DNA of 64,000 bases, from positions 3,410,001 through 3,474,000 of the forward strand of contig OX597838.1 in assembly GCA_951406725.2 (NCBI GenBank). Direction: 5' to 3'. Of the stretch, positions 13,462 to 28,044 are shown in pieces. How positions within the stretch are numbered: the first letter of the stretch is position 1; every line of letters begins with the position of its first letter. Both the position numbers and the translations under genes were made by a program. The notes under the pieces are model-generated. The model saw only the letters and a program-made list of their open reading frames with translations, had not been told where the DNA came from and searched no databases. Source of the DNA: Octopus vulgaris (Eukaryota).

Positions 13462-15574
13462 ATATATAAAGATAATATACACACATCATATATATACGTG
13501 TGTGAGTGTTTAAGTTAAAACAGAATCTATTCCGTGTTAAAATAAGTTTCTCTGTTGCTGGAGCTGACTAAGGATGGAGGAGAAGTGGTGACAGAACGAA
13601 TGAAGAAAGATGGAGAGACGAGGACGAGAGAAAGAATCTAAGCCAGACATCATCATCATCAGCATCACTACATGAAAGCTTCTAAGACTGTTTTTCTTTT
13701 TTCTTCTTTCAGAGAGACAGACAAGGGAAATATCTCACTGCTGGCTCTCGCAGTCATCATCATCATCATCGTCTCTCTCTCTTTTTCTTTCCATACACAC
13801 ATATATCAGTTGCTGTTGTCACTGGACTGCAGCCCTGGCTGGAGCACCATCTCGAAGGGCTCTTTAGTCAAGTTACGAAGACGTAAACAAACCAACACCA
13901 GTTTTCAAACGGTTGGGAACAGATGCAAAGATACACGCAACAACAGACTTCTGTCAGTTTCTGTCCACCAAATTCAGCAATCTTTCGGTAGAAGTCTATG
14001 ACGTCATGAGTGTGTGACTGTTTCCTCCAGAGCGGAACACACACACATACATTCATGACTAACGCCATATACTAATACCGATACATTGTCCAAAGTGCCG
14101 TACAGTGGGACTGAACCCAAGACCACCTGGTTGGTAGGCAGGTTTCTTAACCACACAACCACGTCTGCACCTGTATCTATAGGAAATCGGTTTCAAATTT
14201 TGGCACGAGGCCAGCAATTTCAGGGTAGAGAGTAAGTCGACTACATCGACCCCAGTGCTCGACTGTTACATATTTTATCGACCCCCGAAAGGACGAAAAG
14301 CAAAGTTGACCCCGGTAGGATTTGAACTCAGAACGCAAAGACGGACGAAACGCCGCTAGGCATTTTACCCGACCTTAACTAACGATTGTGCCATCTCGCC
14401 GCCCTTATACCTGTAGGAAATTAAATAGAAATGTGGTGTATTTGAACACGCATGTACTTAATGGACATGGTCACACACACCACATAAGTACCGCAAATCT
14501 TTCGCCATACCAACCAACTAAATCACACAAAAACTTTCATAAAAACCAATACTTCGCCCTGTATAAAAACACCCTTATTTTAAAATAACTAAATAATTGC
14601 TGCCGCCAGTTGACTTATCGATACGAGATCAGACCCAACACGACATACGACTGAGTGAATTAAGTTCTACCTAAGTGAGAGTGCAGGCTTTTACTAAGTG
14701 AGGAAACTTGTGATGTGTTTTACATGTAGGTTGTGGACGAGTGGGAAATAGTTGGTAGGTGACAATAAAATTAATTTTCTCGGGAAATATATATATCCCT
14801 TTAAATACACTTATAATAAACACATACATGCACGAATCGTTTTGACATTTACTCGTTCCAGTCACGGGTTGCGGCAATGCTGGAGCAGTGCATTGAAGGG
14901 TTTCGTCAAACGAACTGACCCTGGCACTTATTTCCCGTTTTCAACCAGGTCCTCCTCTTGTCTTCTTTGTTTCTTTTTACTTGGTTACGAGTACGTAAAC
15001 AAACCGGCACCGGTTATGAAACAGTGGTGGTGGGTACAAGCAAATACACATATACATCCATCTATACATAAGTATAACGGGCTTCTTTTCAGTTTCCATC
15101 TACCAAATTCGATCACAAGGCTTTGGTCGACCCGAAGCTATTGTAGAAGACACTCGGCCAAGGTGCCACGCAGTGGGACTGAACCTGGAACCATGTCGTT
15201 GAAAAGCAAGCTTTTTTTTTAATCACCCAGCCACACCTGCACCTATCGTCAGGTTGCGGTCGAATAAAATATTCTACTTGGGAAATGTAGTTGAACAGAC
15301 GTATTCAGATCACATGTGTGTATGTGTGTATTTACGCACACAAAAACTCCACACCTTTGTCACAGCTGAGAGCCAGGACATTCACCACAATCTCAAGCAC
15401 ACACAAAAACCCAATGACGAATGTAAAACTTTTGTATCAAAAGGCATTAAACAGTTCCACCATTCAATGAAATGGTGGTTACAAATGGTGTCTTGAACTG
15501 TAAGAAATCCTTTGACAATTTCTGTATAGCAAAGCAAATTTGCCTGTATTCTTCAAGAGATGAATACTCTAGAA

Positions 15575-15801
15575 CAGTGGTTCTCAAACTGTTGTGGCAT
15601 ACCAGCAGGGACCGGTAATACTTCTTAGTAATGGGTACAGGCGTGGCTGTGTGGTAAGTAGCTTGCTTACCAACCACATGGTTCCGGGTTCAGTCCCACT
15701 GCGTGACACCTTGGGCAAGTGTCTTCTACTATAGCCTCAAGCCAACCAAAGCCTTGTGAGTGGATTTGGAAGACGGAAACTGAGAGAAACCCGTCGTATA
15801 T

Positions 15802-15838
<37 letters not shown>

Positions 15839-16072
15839 TTGTCCCCACAACATCGCTTGACAATCGATGCTGGTGTGTTTACGTCCCCCTGTAACTTAGC
15901 AGTTTGGCAAAAGAGACCGATAGAATAAGTCCTGGGGTCGATTTGCTCGACTAAAGGCGGTGCTCCAGCATGGCCACAGTCAAATGACTGAAAAGAGTAA
16001 AAGAGAGTGTATTGTGGAAGTGTAAGCAATGGTCCCACAAGAGTCATATGGGGCCCTGGTTGAGAACCACTG
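15575..16072. mobile_element. hAT-type MITE interrupted by a SINE
   Basis: TIRs CAGTGGTTCTCAA / TTGAGAACCACTG, left flank TCTAGA-like, with a SINE inserted at about 15637-16007. Confidence 0.7.
15637..16007 (+). mobile_element. SINE family A copy
   Basis: Same head, body and tail as 1271-1653, nested in a hAT MITE. Confidence 0.85.
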
Positions 16073-19057
16073 CCTTAAACCTAATCCTAACCTAGATTAG
16101 GTCATTTCGCAGTATAAACAACAGATACTGCAGTAGAGCACACACACACAGCTGAGGTAGCACCTGAAACTAATGGTACCAGCCTCAGGAAAGGAAAAAA
16201 AGACCCACTTCAATTCTCCTGTGAGAGTAAGGAAAGAATGACCATTCTCATTAGCATTGTTACCAGCGTTGCCTTACTGGCACGTGAACAAAACATTTGA
16301 GCGAGGTCATTGCCAGTGCCACTGGACTGGCTCCTGTGCAGGTGGCACGTAAAAAAAACCATTTCAAGTGTGGCCGTTGCCAGAAACCGCCAGACTGGCC
16401 CTCGTGCCGGTGACACGTAAAAGCACCCACTACACACCCAGAGTGGTTGGCGTTAGGAATGGCATCCAGCTGTAGAAACTCTGCTAGATCAAGATTGAAG
16501 CCTGTTACAGCCATCTGGTTCGCCAGTCCTCAGTCAAATCGTCCAACCCATGCTAGTATGGAAAGTGAACGTTAAATGATGATGATGATTGTTTGACCCC
16601 TTTTATAACCAACCCACTTCAGACCACCCTGGTTCAACGATACAAATTTCCATTTTAACTCTAAACATACCACAAACAAGTCTCTTTCATTTATAGCTAT
16701 GAGGGACAATCTAAATAGATAGAAATCTCAGTGGTGCATATATGCATAGCTCACAGACAACCGTTGAATCCCAGAGATGCTTACTGTATGTGACCTTCTG
16801 GTTATGTTGTGATACCCCAGTGATGCTTATATGCGGCTTTCAACCATTGGTAACGTTTCATTGGTTGTGATCCGTGCAGCCAAGCAACAGCCTCTAGCAT
16901 GAGACTGGGCTAATCTCTGCTACAGATAATATTAAAGTGATTTAAATTAAAACCTGCCATTAAAATTTCATGTTAATTTATGTTCCAAACCCCAGGGGAC
17001 CAACAAGGACAGACAAAGGGATAAATCAATCACATCGACCCCAGTGCATAACTGGGACTTAATTTATCGACCCCGAAAGGATGAAAGGCAAAGTTGACCT
17101 CGTCGGAATTTGAACTCAGAACGTAGCAGCAGACGAAAAACCACTAGGCATTTCACCCAGCGTGCTAATGTTTCTGCCAGTTCGCCACCTTGTCTGTCCC
17201 CTCTATGTTTAGCCCCTTGTGGGCAATAAAGAAATAAGAATCGTTAGCACGCCGGACGAAATGTTTAACAGTATTTCGTCTGTCTTTATTATCCAAGTTC
17301 AAACTCCGCTGAGGTCGACTTTGCCTATCATCCTTTCGGGGGTTGATTAAATTAAGTACCAGTTATGCACTGGGGTTGATGTAATTGACTTAATCCCTTT
17401 GTCTATCCTTGTTTGTCCCCTCTATCTTTAGCTCCCTTGTGGGCAATAAAGAAATAAGGAAAGTATTTATCCCACTTACAGGATATCTCAAACATCAACT
17501 CAAGCTGCATCTGACGTCAAAAGCATACACTGCACAGAGCAAGGATATCCAGCCGAGCCTGGTACTGACATCACTCACAGCAGAAAAGCACCCAAGTACT
17601 GGCCACCTTCGGGGTTGATGTTGATTCCAATGGTCCACACTGCCATGGCAAGAAAATGGCATCCACAGTTTGGCAATCCAGCATGGAGGGAATCTTCACC
17701 TTTTGAGGAGATGAGCTCAAACACAGTATCCACTCCGAGTAGAACCATGGCACCAACATCATACACAATTTAGGTCCGTCATGGGCAAACTGCAGCCTGC
17801 AGGACTTTCTCAGTGACACATCTTATGAAAAATTATTTTGAATTTTTGGTAGAGTGCCCCCCCCCCCACCTCCACACACCTGATGATCAGCCATGGCATG
17901 TGGTCTGCTTCTCAAAAAAAATGATGCCGGAGAGATCAGCATTTGCTTAAGACATGGTCAGTCAAGTTTCTTAGAGGCACATGGCCTAGTGGTTAGAGAA
18001 GTGGACTCGCGGTCAAGGGATTGCGGATTCGAATCTCAGACCGGGCGATGTGTGTGTTTATAAGCGAAACACCTAAGCTCCAGCAGAAGGTAATGGCAAA
18101 CTTCTGCTGAATCTTTCGCCACAACTTTCTCTCATTCTTTCCTCCTGCATCTTGCAGCTCACCAGCTATGGACCGATGTCCTATCCAGGTGGGGAACCTA
18201 TACACCAAGGAAACCAGGAAACCGGCCCTAATGAGCCAGGTGTGGCTTGAGAAGGAACAAACAAAAAAAACAAACATTTACAAACTTGTGTAGGTTGAAC
18301 TGTGTGATGTGTTTGGGAAAGAAATCTAGCTGTTCCTTGCGATAGATACAGCTAAAGTAAAACTTTTTCATGGACCCTTACTTAATGGATTATTGTGGAT
18401 TCCCCCGATTGACTATTTTGCTTGCATGAACCCTCAAAAATCATATGTGGATCCCTGAGGGATCATATAGACTCCAGTTGAAAATCACCAATCTAGACAT
18501 GGCTGAATAAAATTTGTGAGAATGTACGTTAGTGTGTGTGTGTGTGTGTGTGAAAGAGTAAGATGAGAGTGAGACAGAGTTCACTTAAACTAACAAGTGG
18601 TCAAAAGGGTTGTTTCACAACAATGCCTAGTGGTTAGAGATGCAGACTCAGTTGAGGGATCGCGGGTTTGAATCTCAGACTGGGCAATGTGTTTGTTTAT
18701 GAGCAAAACACCCAAGATCCACTTGGCTCTGGCAGAAGGTAATGGCGAACCTCTGCCAACTCTTTTGCCACAACTTTCTCTCACTCTTTCCTCCTGCATC
18801 TTGCAGCTCACCTGTGACAGACTCAAAATGAGGAGTAGACGGACAGCCAACAACTGATGAAGGGTCGTTCTTTACGTTACTCATCCTGTTTCCCATTTGT
18901 TTCTCTCATTGTTTGCATACTCAACTCATTTGTTTTTGTATTTCATGTTGTTTACAGTTTGTGACGTCCTGTACCCATATATGCATGTATATATATATGT
19001 GTGTATGCATGTACATATATATGTGTATATATGCATATATATATATATGTGTATATA

Positions 19058-19114
<57 letters not shown>

Positions 19115-20012
19115 ATATAGATATGGCGGCGAGCTGGCAGAAACATTAGCACGCCATGCGAAATGCGTAGCCGTATTTTGTCTGCCGTTACGTTCTGAGT
19201 TCAAATTCCGCAGAGGTCGACTTTGCCTTTCATCCCTTCGGGGTCGATAAGTTAAGTACCAGTTATGCACTGGGGTCGATGTCCAGGTGGGAAACCGGCT
19301 CTTATGAGTCAGGCATGGCTTGAGAAGGAACAAACAACAACATACACACACCTTTAAAAAGGAAGTGTGCATTAGAGAATACAGTAATGAATACAGAAAA
19401 AGACAGCTGGACTGCTTTCATTGCAACTTTGGCTGACTTCAACAACAGCTATATACCCACCCAATGAAGAACCCTCTCTGTCAGTGATTATCATTCACTT
19501 CCCTATCATTTAAACCCCTCAACTGGATCTATTTCACCATTTACCCCTATCACCTATACACCTACACAAAGATATATGCATTCTCCCTCCATGCATAGCA
19601 CAGGCCCTCAGAAATTCTGTGTCAGTGTCCAGCATGCTGGAAAACTGCTGGGGGTGAGGCACTGCTTAACATTTGCTGAAGCATGTCTCTAAGATATAAA
19701 ACCAGATATTCAGAGAATGGTACTGAACATTTCAGGGACCTTTTGCTAGAGATCATGGCACCTGTGCACATTCCTGAGCCTGCAACCTATACTGGCATGG
19801 GATATTTTGCCCTGTCTTGTCACTGGATGATGTCAGTAGAGTGGAGAGGATTCAAGAGGTGCCGTGCAAACCTTAGTGGACCTAAGATTTTAGGTTGTGT
19901 TATTGCTGGTGAGGTAACTATCCAATGCCTAGTTAAGTAGGTGAGAACCGAAGCTGCAGACGTGAACTTGAGTGAAGCTGACTGCTGGTACAATACATGT
20001 CATGCACAGTAG

Positions 20013-20420
20013 AGGCGCAGGAGTGGCTGTGTGGTAAGTAGCTTGCTTACGAACCACATGGTTCCGGATTCAGTCCCACTGCATGGCACCTTGGGCAAAG
20101 TGTCTTCTACTATAGCCTCGGGCCAACCAAAGCCTTGTGAGTGGATTTGGTAGACGGAGACCGAAAGAAGCCTATCATATATATGCATATATTTATGTAT
20201 ATGTGTGTGTATGTTTGCCCCCCCCCCCCCCCAACATAGCTTGACAACTGATGCTGGTGTGTTTACGTCCCAGTAATTTAGCGGTTCAGCCAAAGAGACT
20301 GATAGAATAAGTACTAGGCTTACAAAGAATAGGTCCTGGGGGTCGATTTGCTCAACTAAAGGTGGTGCTCCAGCATGGCCAAAGTCAAATGCCTGAAACA
20401 AGTAATAGAGAGTAAAGAGT
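20013..20420 (+). mobile_element. SINE family A, full-length copy
   Basis: GGCGCAGGAGTGGCTGTGTGGTAAG head through to the AGTAAAGAG tail. Confidence 0.88.
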
Positions 20421-23400
20421 ATGGGTTGCAGGCTAAAGAATGTGCACAGGTGACATGATCCCAAGCACAAACAAAAAGCTCCCAGAATGTTCAATGCCAT
20501 TCTCTGAATATCTGGTTTTTGTATCAGAGTGACTTTCTCCTTAGAGACACACTGCAGCAAAAGTGGATTACCAACAGAACTTCTAACTGCAAAAATATTC
20601 AAAGTTCCCCAGACATTGAACAAATCTAAGCATTGGGCAGCAAAGAGATGGTTATTACTGATAAGAGTCAATGGTTCACAGCACAAAAGCCAGGACAATG
20701 ATACAGGTTCTACAGGATCACCAGGACCTCATCCTTCAAATACATCCAACTGCCCTTTAATCCTTTAACATTGAAATCAATCTGTCAACAAGTGTGATGC
20801 TTATTTATTCACAACCAGTCGTGGCCGTTTGCCAGCCTCCTCTGGCCCCTGTGCTGGTGGCACGTAAAAAGCACCCACTACACTCATGGAGCGGTTGGCG
20901 TTAGGAAGGGCATCCAGCTGTAGAAACACTGCCAGATCAGACTGGAGCCTGGCGCAGCCTCCTGGCTTCCCAGGCCCCAGTCGAACTGTCCAACCCATGC
21001 CAGCATGGAAAACGGACGTTAAACGACGATGATGATTTGTTTTGAACCAAACCAGTCATTATCTTGTGCTGAGATTCCAATGATGCGACCGTTTATCTTT
21101 AGAATGACATTGTAGGGTAAGTGCGAGAGGCAAGATCTGGCTAGCTTGAATATTTTGGTTGCGTATGGCTGGTCTAAATGCGAAAGGGTTAGGCTTAGGA
21201 ACGGTAATTTTAATCCTAGATATACAATGTCTGAATAAATGACAGGACTGTCACGACTGGAATGCATTTGATCATAGATCTGCTAGATCAGGATTAATTA
21301 TGGGGCCTAAGCAACAAAGGGTCCAGAGATATTACAGGTTACATTTCATCAGCTCGTATCCGTTTCTGTAAACGCAGAACACACACAATGGTTATACATT
21401 GTACAGACAAACCTCTACAGCTATTCACACGGTACATGATACACATTGTAAGCATATTCACACACACGTCTTTTATTGTTTACGGGTTTCAGTCATTGGA
21501 CTGCGACCCTGCTGGGGCACGGCCTTGAAAGCTTTAGTCAAACAAATCGACACTAGTACTTATTCTGTCGGTGTGTTTCGCTGAACCGCTAAGTTACGGG
21601 AACGTAAACAAACACCACCGTTTACCAATTCCACTCCCAAAGCTTTGGGGGTTGGTGTGTGTGTGTGTACATACAGACACACACACATACATACATGCGC
21701 GCGCACATATCTATTGACAAGTGTGCCCCCCCCCCACACACACACACACACAAACACGAATGCATGTATGTATATCGCTACAAAAACGAAGCAGAAAGAT
21801 GTGTAAGCACGCGAGCGAGGGAATTTGTGTGAGAGAAAGACAGACAGACGGACAGAGAAAACAGCAAGAACGATGTGTGCATTCGTCTGAAGGTATTTGC
21901 GTGCACGCTGGTGCTGTTGTTTAGCCCGAGGTCAGGCCTGATGGCGAAGGCCAGTTCAGTGATCAAAGAGACATTCTCAAACACACACACACACATCAAG
22001 TCTTTTTTTTCCTGTGTACAAAGAACTCGGGACCTACGAATCAAGATTCCAACGTACCATCGCTTTTATTATTATTTTTTTTTTTTCTCCATAAAACGCT
22101 GGGGAGTGATTTGGGGGATAAATTTAGTTGCAGTTTCTAACAGTGCAAACGAGTACGCCAAGGCTCCATCACGTTGGATCCTACGTTTGTATGTGAGTAC
22201 AAACACACACACGAATATTAAGCATACCTACACAAGCCCAACGAAAGCACACTTTTGTAGGTATGCACACACATATACATATATATATATATATGCATAC
22301 ATATATATATATACATATGTATATATATATCCTTCACGCAACACATTCTTCGTATATTTCTATTTATGTCAGTGCGCGCGCGCGATTAAATGAGGGGAAA
22401 GCGCGCGTGTACGCACGTGATCACAGCTTAGATTTATTAGAACTCTAAAGTAGAAGAGGCCCCGATTTAAAAAAAAACAAAAACAAAACAACATTGGTGG
22501 TGGGAGGAGGAAGGAAAAAAAGAGAGAGGGAGAGACAATAAGAATGAGGGGTTGGGGAGAGGATACAAAAAAAAGGGATCGCTGGATATAACACACACAC
22601 ACACACACACACGCGTTTGTATATAGAAAGGTAAAAAAGTTCAACAGATGCATTGTGTATATATGTATATATATATATATATCGTACTGCTGCTAATAAG
22701 ATTCATATAATCATACACACACACACACACACATATATGTATATATATATGCACACACAAACACACATGCATAAATACACATTCACACACATATATATAT
22801 ACATACACACACACACATATATATACATACACACATATATATATAAATATACACACACACACATATATATATATATATGCACACACATATATATATATAT
22901 GCACACACAAACACACATGCATAAATACACACACACACACACATATGTATATATATATACAAACACACGCCAGTGCGTGAGTGCGTGCGCGCGTGTGTGT
23001 GTAGGTAAATATAAAGTGCATTATTACATGTGACCTGACAACGGATTCCGGAAAACCAACATGTCGTCATAGCTGGTTGGGGGGGGGGGGGGCGAGAGAG
23101 GAAGCGATGGGGGATCAACAACCCCCCCCCTGTTGATGAAGGATTTGAGATTTGTTGTTTTAGCCCTGGGCAAACAATGATTGAACCACCGAGAGGAAAA
23201 GGGAAGAAATAAACCCACCACCACCACCACGAATAGATCTGGTAGACAATCGTGAGTGTATTTTGCCCGCAAATCACATCGTCTTAAAAATTCTAAGAGG
23301 ATTTACAAAACTGGACAATGTGAGTGAGTCGTTGGGGTAGGGAAAATAAGTAAATAAAGGGAAATGGAACGGAAAGGAATGCCTTTAATCATAATTCTAC

Positions 23401-26400
23401 AGGATCAGGAGCTAGGGGTTTAAACAACTATACACACTAACACACACACACGTGTGTATATATAACTTCTTTTTTTTTTAAATAGTGGATCTCGAAGCAG
23501 GTTGCAAAGCTACAAATTCATAGCATGTAAATATTGAGTTGAGAAAACCTTTTTGGATAGAGAAGTCGAAGACGAGCCGTCAACTAGAGAGGCAAAATAG
23601 ACATGCCAACGAAAGCGCCTCTACGTGGACGCGAACCCTGTTAGAAATAGCAACCAAACGCCACTGCCTCAAACCACATCAGATCTACAGTCTGAAAAAG
23701 GGACACAAAAAACACAAATCGAACAACGTATTCTGAGATGCACGTTGTCATAAGAACATCTGAAGAACGGATGGGAGACAACATATTTCACACAGATAAG
23801 GGATGTGTAACCCCTAATGCCTTAAACACTCATCTCTGAGGATGCTTGTTTATTTAGGGAGCATCGTTACAAAAATACAAGACAAAATACAACGCAAAGC
23901 TTTCCCAATGGGATATGTTTAACCCCTTTCTGTATGGTTTCAAACAACCCCTAGTTTTTCCCCCCACAATAAAACACTAGCGAATCTCTACTACAGTATA
24001 ATTCGACGAGCTAAAAATCACAGCCAAATCTACCTCTTAAATCACAAACTACCACATTACAAAAAAAAAGCAAAAACAAAAAAAGGGGGGAACATTCAAT
24101 AGCTGTAGTCCTGGACACACTTTTTTACGAAGACGAGATGGCCACAACTGGAAAGGCTTTGATTTATAATAGGTCTTGATCAATCTGATTAACCACGGAC
24201 TAAACAAACAGCAACAGTGCACGCGAGCCAGTTTGTGTGGAGGGCTCCACTATGCGGTCGATCGACTGATCAGCTAGAAACAGCAGTCAAATTATAATCT
24301 CCCTGAAGTTCAGATTAAGACCGTTTTAGAAAAACGAAGGACATACATAAGATAATGTAGTCCAAGGTGCACAGTCTGAAAGGTTGGGAGGGAAGCAAAA
24401 GATGGTCATGTGTGGAATGTCATAACTGTGCTCAAACCGACTGTTTTTGCTGTTTTTAGCCACAGGTCAGACCTGATCCAGCAGACCTAGAATCAAAACA
24501 GTATCAAGCCATGACACTGTCCTAAACATCTTTAAGACAGTAAACATGTGATTTAAAGGAGAGTTGGCTGCTATTTTTAGCAGCTTTATGAGGCCACCTT
24601 GTTGGCCTTGTATAAGATGGAGGGTAGGAAAAAAAAAAAGACACTACCCTCTTTTTAGAAACGGAATAAACGATGGAGCCACAACGAATCTTAATCTATC
24701 TCAATTCCCTGCCGTCAAAAGAAAAAGTTAAAGAAAAAAATCAAGAATGACACATTAGATTATATAGTCCTAGATACACTATATCAGAAATAGGGAATGG
24801 ATGGATGGCCACGGCCAGACCGCCTTTCATCAGCGTTCCGCTTTGTATGTTAGTCATGTAGACAGATAGAGAGAGATGATAGATCGGTGGGGGTATCTAT
24901 ACGACAACAAACGTGTTGACCCTAAGATCAAGAGTAAACAAGAGTGTGTGTGTGTTCTATTGAGGTTTTCCTAGAACAAAATAAAAAAGCAGGCCAAGAG
25001 ATTGTTGTCAGACTAAAAATACAGAGGAAGAGACGAAAGAGAGTAAAAAAGATAGATGGATGGATAATTTAACAGGGCTAAAAATTACCCCTTATTTCTG
25101 ACCGCTTGCCAAAATAAAATAAAAAAATTCGTCTCCTCTCCATAAAGATATAAACAAGAACTAAACGAGAGCCACTAAAAGGTCGCCCGAAACAGCTAAA
25201 AATAGCGACCAAATATTTCCTATAATCATGAAAAAGAAACTAAAATGTAAAAGAAACAAGTCCCCATTGACTAATAAGACCTTGATGTTCTATATATCTC
25301 TATAAGGTATAAACGAGATGGTCAGATATGGAGAGCCTTCGTTAATATGGTTGCTCCACTAGAGCCCATCTGGGCCTTTGGTGGTGATCCAACACGATCG
25401 TTCGACCTCCTAGAAATAATAGCCAAATCTCACTCGAATCACTAGTCCATCTTTAGAAGGAAAGGTTAGACACCTTTGATGAAATAAGACACGAATGTCA
25501 CGAATGGAACGCTTTTGAGTATATGGTTGTTGAATTAAGACTTAACAGCGGGGCTAAGCAACAACACGTACACACGATCCAGTCCGAGCTTCTCACGAGG
25601 CTGCTGGGCCTGCTAAAAGTAGCAACCTGAAAAATCCCTCAAATTTACTACATATTATACATTCTCTCTGGGGGAAGTAGGACAGAAGCGGTTTAAGGAC
25701 GACACACTGGATAATTATTGTTCCAGATATATAACGAAAGGTCCGGAATTTGAAGGCTGGAAAGGGGTTCTTTTTTTTCTGGGGTTTTTTTTTCTTCCTT
25801 TTCTGATTCATAGATCTGGTTGGCTCTATCAGAGCTGACCTGGGGTTTAACAACAACAACAACAGCAGCAGCAGCATGCTACAAACAACAGGTCACCCCC
25901 CCTTCAATTCCTCACTTTCTCTGTCCCCTTCCCCAACCATTCCACATACCGTTACACTTAGGCAACAACAACAACAACAACACCACAACCATTCCACAGT
26001 CACCCGCCAAAGTGCATCATGGAAGTTCACGTTCAGAGAAATGTCGTCATCTTCATTCAACCCCCCCCGTCTCCCACCCCGTTCCTACCCCCTACCCCAC
26101 CCCCCTACCACCACCACCAACTCTCCCTTCCACGGCAGATCCAATAAACAACAAACCTTTAAGGACCGATAGAAGAAGATGAAGAAAAAAAAGGGGGAAG
26201 GAGGGAGGGGCGGGCGGGAAGAGCTGGGGGCAGGAAGGAAGGAGGAAGGAGAAGGAATGCACTTTAGATGTCAGGGGGCAAACGGTGGCAGCAGGAAGAG
26301 GATAATATCGCATCATCCACACATCATATATATTATATATATTATATATAAATATAAATGCATGTATATATATATATATTTAATATATATATATATATAA

Positions 26401-26524
26401 AAAGGCACTTGTTACTGTTATGCATCCTATGGCATTTTGACAACTTTGGCAATACGAGTTATTTTTCTTTACTTCCGCCTTTGCAACACTGATTCTACAT
26501 ACATACATACAATATATATATATG

Positions 26525-26562
<38 letters not shown>

Positions 26563-27780
26563 AACGTGTGTGTATATATATATATATATATATGCTCGCA
26601 TATGGGAGAAGGGAGTAATGTAGGGGAGGAGCTCTTTTTCCAGTACATGCTTTCATGTTATGATGATGACGATGATGGTGGTGGTGATGATGGTGGTTGG
26701 TGGTGGTGATGGTGATGATGAGGATGATGATAATGATGATGGATTGCGGAAAAAGAGTAACAGGATGAGAGGTGGAGGAATAACTCATATGACTGGAATG
26801 GACTCGGTCGGAGTATCCAGGGGTGGATGGATGGATTCGCGGAGACGTTAAGTAAAGTTGTGAACATGGGAGATATATGGGGCACGGAGGTCGCCAAGCT
26901 TAGGAAACATCATATATACACGCGCAAAGCTAATGTTTATCGTGTATATATATATATATACATATATACACATATATAAAGACTACGTGTGCATACACAC
27001 ACATAGATAGATAGATAGATAGACAGATAGATATAAAGGTTATATGTACATGTTACTTAGATTTATATATGTGGATGTATAACTTTTCACCATACGAAGT
27101 TGTCAGTGAAACAACATATATATATGACATTCATGTATATATATCTGTGTATATAACATACGATTTCATGCGTACATTATATATATTATAGATAGATAGA
27201 TAGATATATTACTGGCTTCAGTCATGCGTCTGTGACCATGCTGGGGCACCAAATCTATATATATGCTTACATCAATAGCTGTTGTACTAAATACATGCGC
27301 GCACACACACACACACACAGACACCAGTAGCTGAGGGTTCGAATGGAACTTAAGCAACACATACATCTGTATTTTATCTGTATTTATATGTTTCATAAAA
27401 CATACACGCATCACTATGTACAGATGATATATAAATAAAATGATTGTATACATAAAGTATGAAAGCGATATTTACCTTCATGTCCATGGGAGAATATATA
27501 TATATACATACATATATATATATGTATATATATATAGCTCCACATCATAGCGGTGTTTCCCTTGCAATAAAAGTGTGCGATAAAAAAAAAAATATAATAA
27601 AAGGAAGATCAAGGCAGGACCAGGAAAGAGGGGTCCATTCTAGTGAAAACAGGTCCAAACGATATTCTTCGGCTCGGCGGTCCGACAACAGAATCTAACT
27701 TTTAACATAGACACATAGATACATACATACGTACACATGTACCTGTGTATTATATAAATACATATATATACATATATATA

Positions 27781-27822
<42 letters not shown>

Positions 27823-27955
27823 GATATGTGTCTATATATATATAGATAGATAGATAGATACATACATACACATATATATATATATATATGTGTGTATGTA
27901 TGTATGCATGTATGTATGTCTGCGTAAGATATGTGGGGTTCATTTAGAAAGAATT

Positions 27956-27965
27956 AAAAGGATAC
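27956..27965 (-). promoter_or_regulatory. U12-type (minor spliceosome) 5' splice site of PTEN intron 1
   Basis: Intron begins GTATCCTTTT, a perfect match to the U12 donor consensus RTATCCTTT, at the same position and phase as the minor intron 1 of vertebrate PTEN. Confidence 0.9.
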
Positions 27966-28044
27966 AGGTTAAGTCCAAGTCGAAGCCATCTTCTTGGAAA
28001 CGCCTTTTCTTCTTGCTTACGATTCCTTTTATCTTGTTAGCCAT
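27966..28044 (-). CDS. PTEN: PTEN orthologue, first coding exon (79 nt, phase-1 end)
   Basis: Minus strand reads ATG GCT AAC AAG ATA AAA GGA ATC GTA AGC AAG AAG AAA AGG CGT TTC CAA GAA GAT GGC TTC GAC TTG GAC TTA ACC T|gtatcc = [26 protein letters not shown](Y). This matches human [31 protein letters not shown] (PIP2-binding motif) and has the same 79-nt coding length as human exon 1. An in-frame ATG at 28056 could add MREK. Downstream exons were not found in the window. Confidence 0.93.

Noticed and set aside
18854-18870. CTGATGA as a hammerhead core
   Set aside because: There is no downstream GAAA and no supporting stems.
20000-20698. 232-aa minus-strand ORF and recurrent peptides such as RRHLPKVPRSGTEPGTMWLVSKLL
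   Set aside because: These are chance translations of SINE family A, and the same peptide recurs wherever the SINE does.
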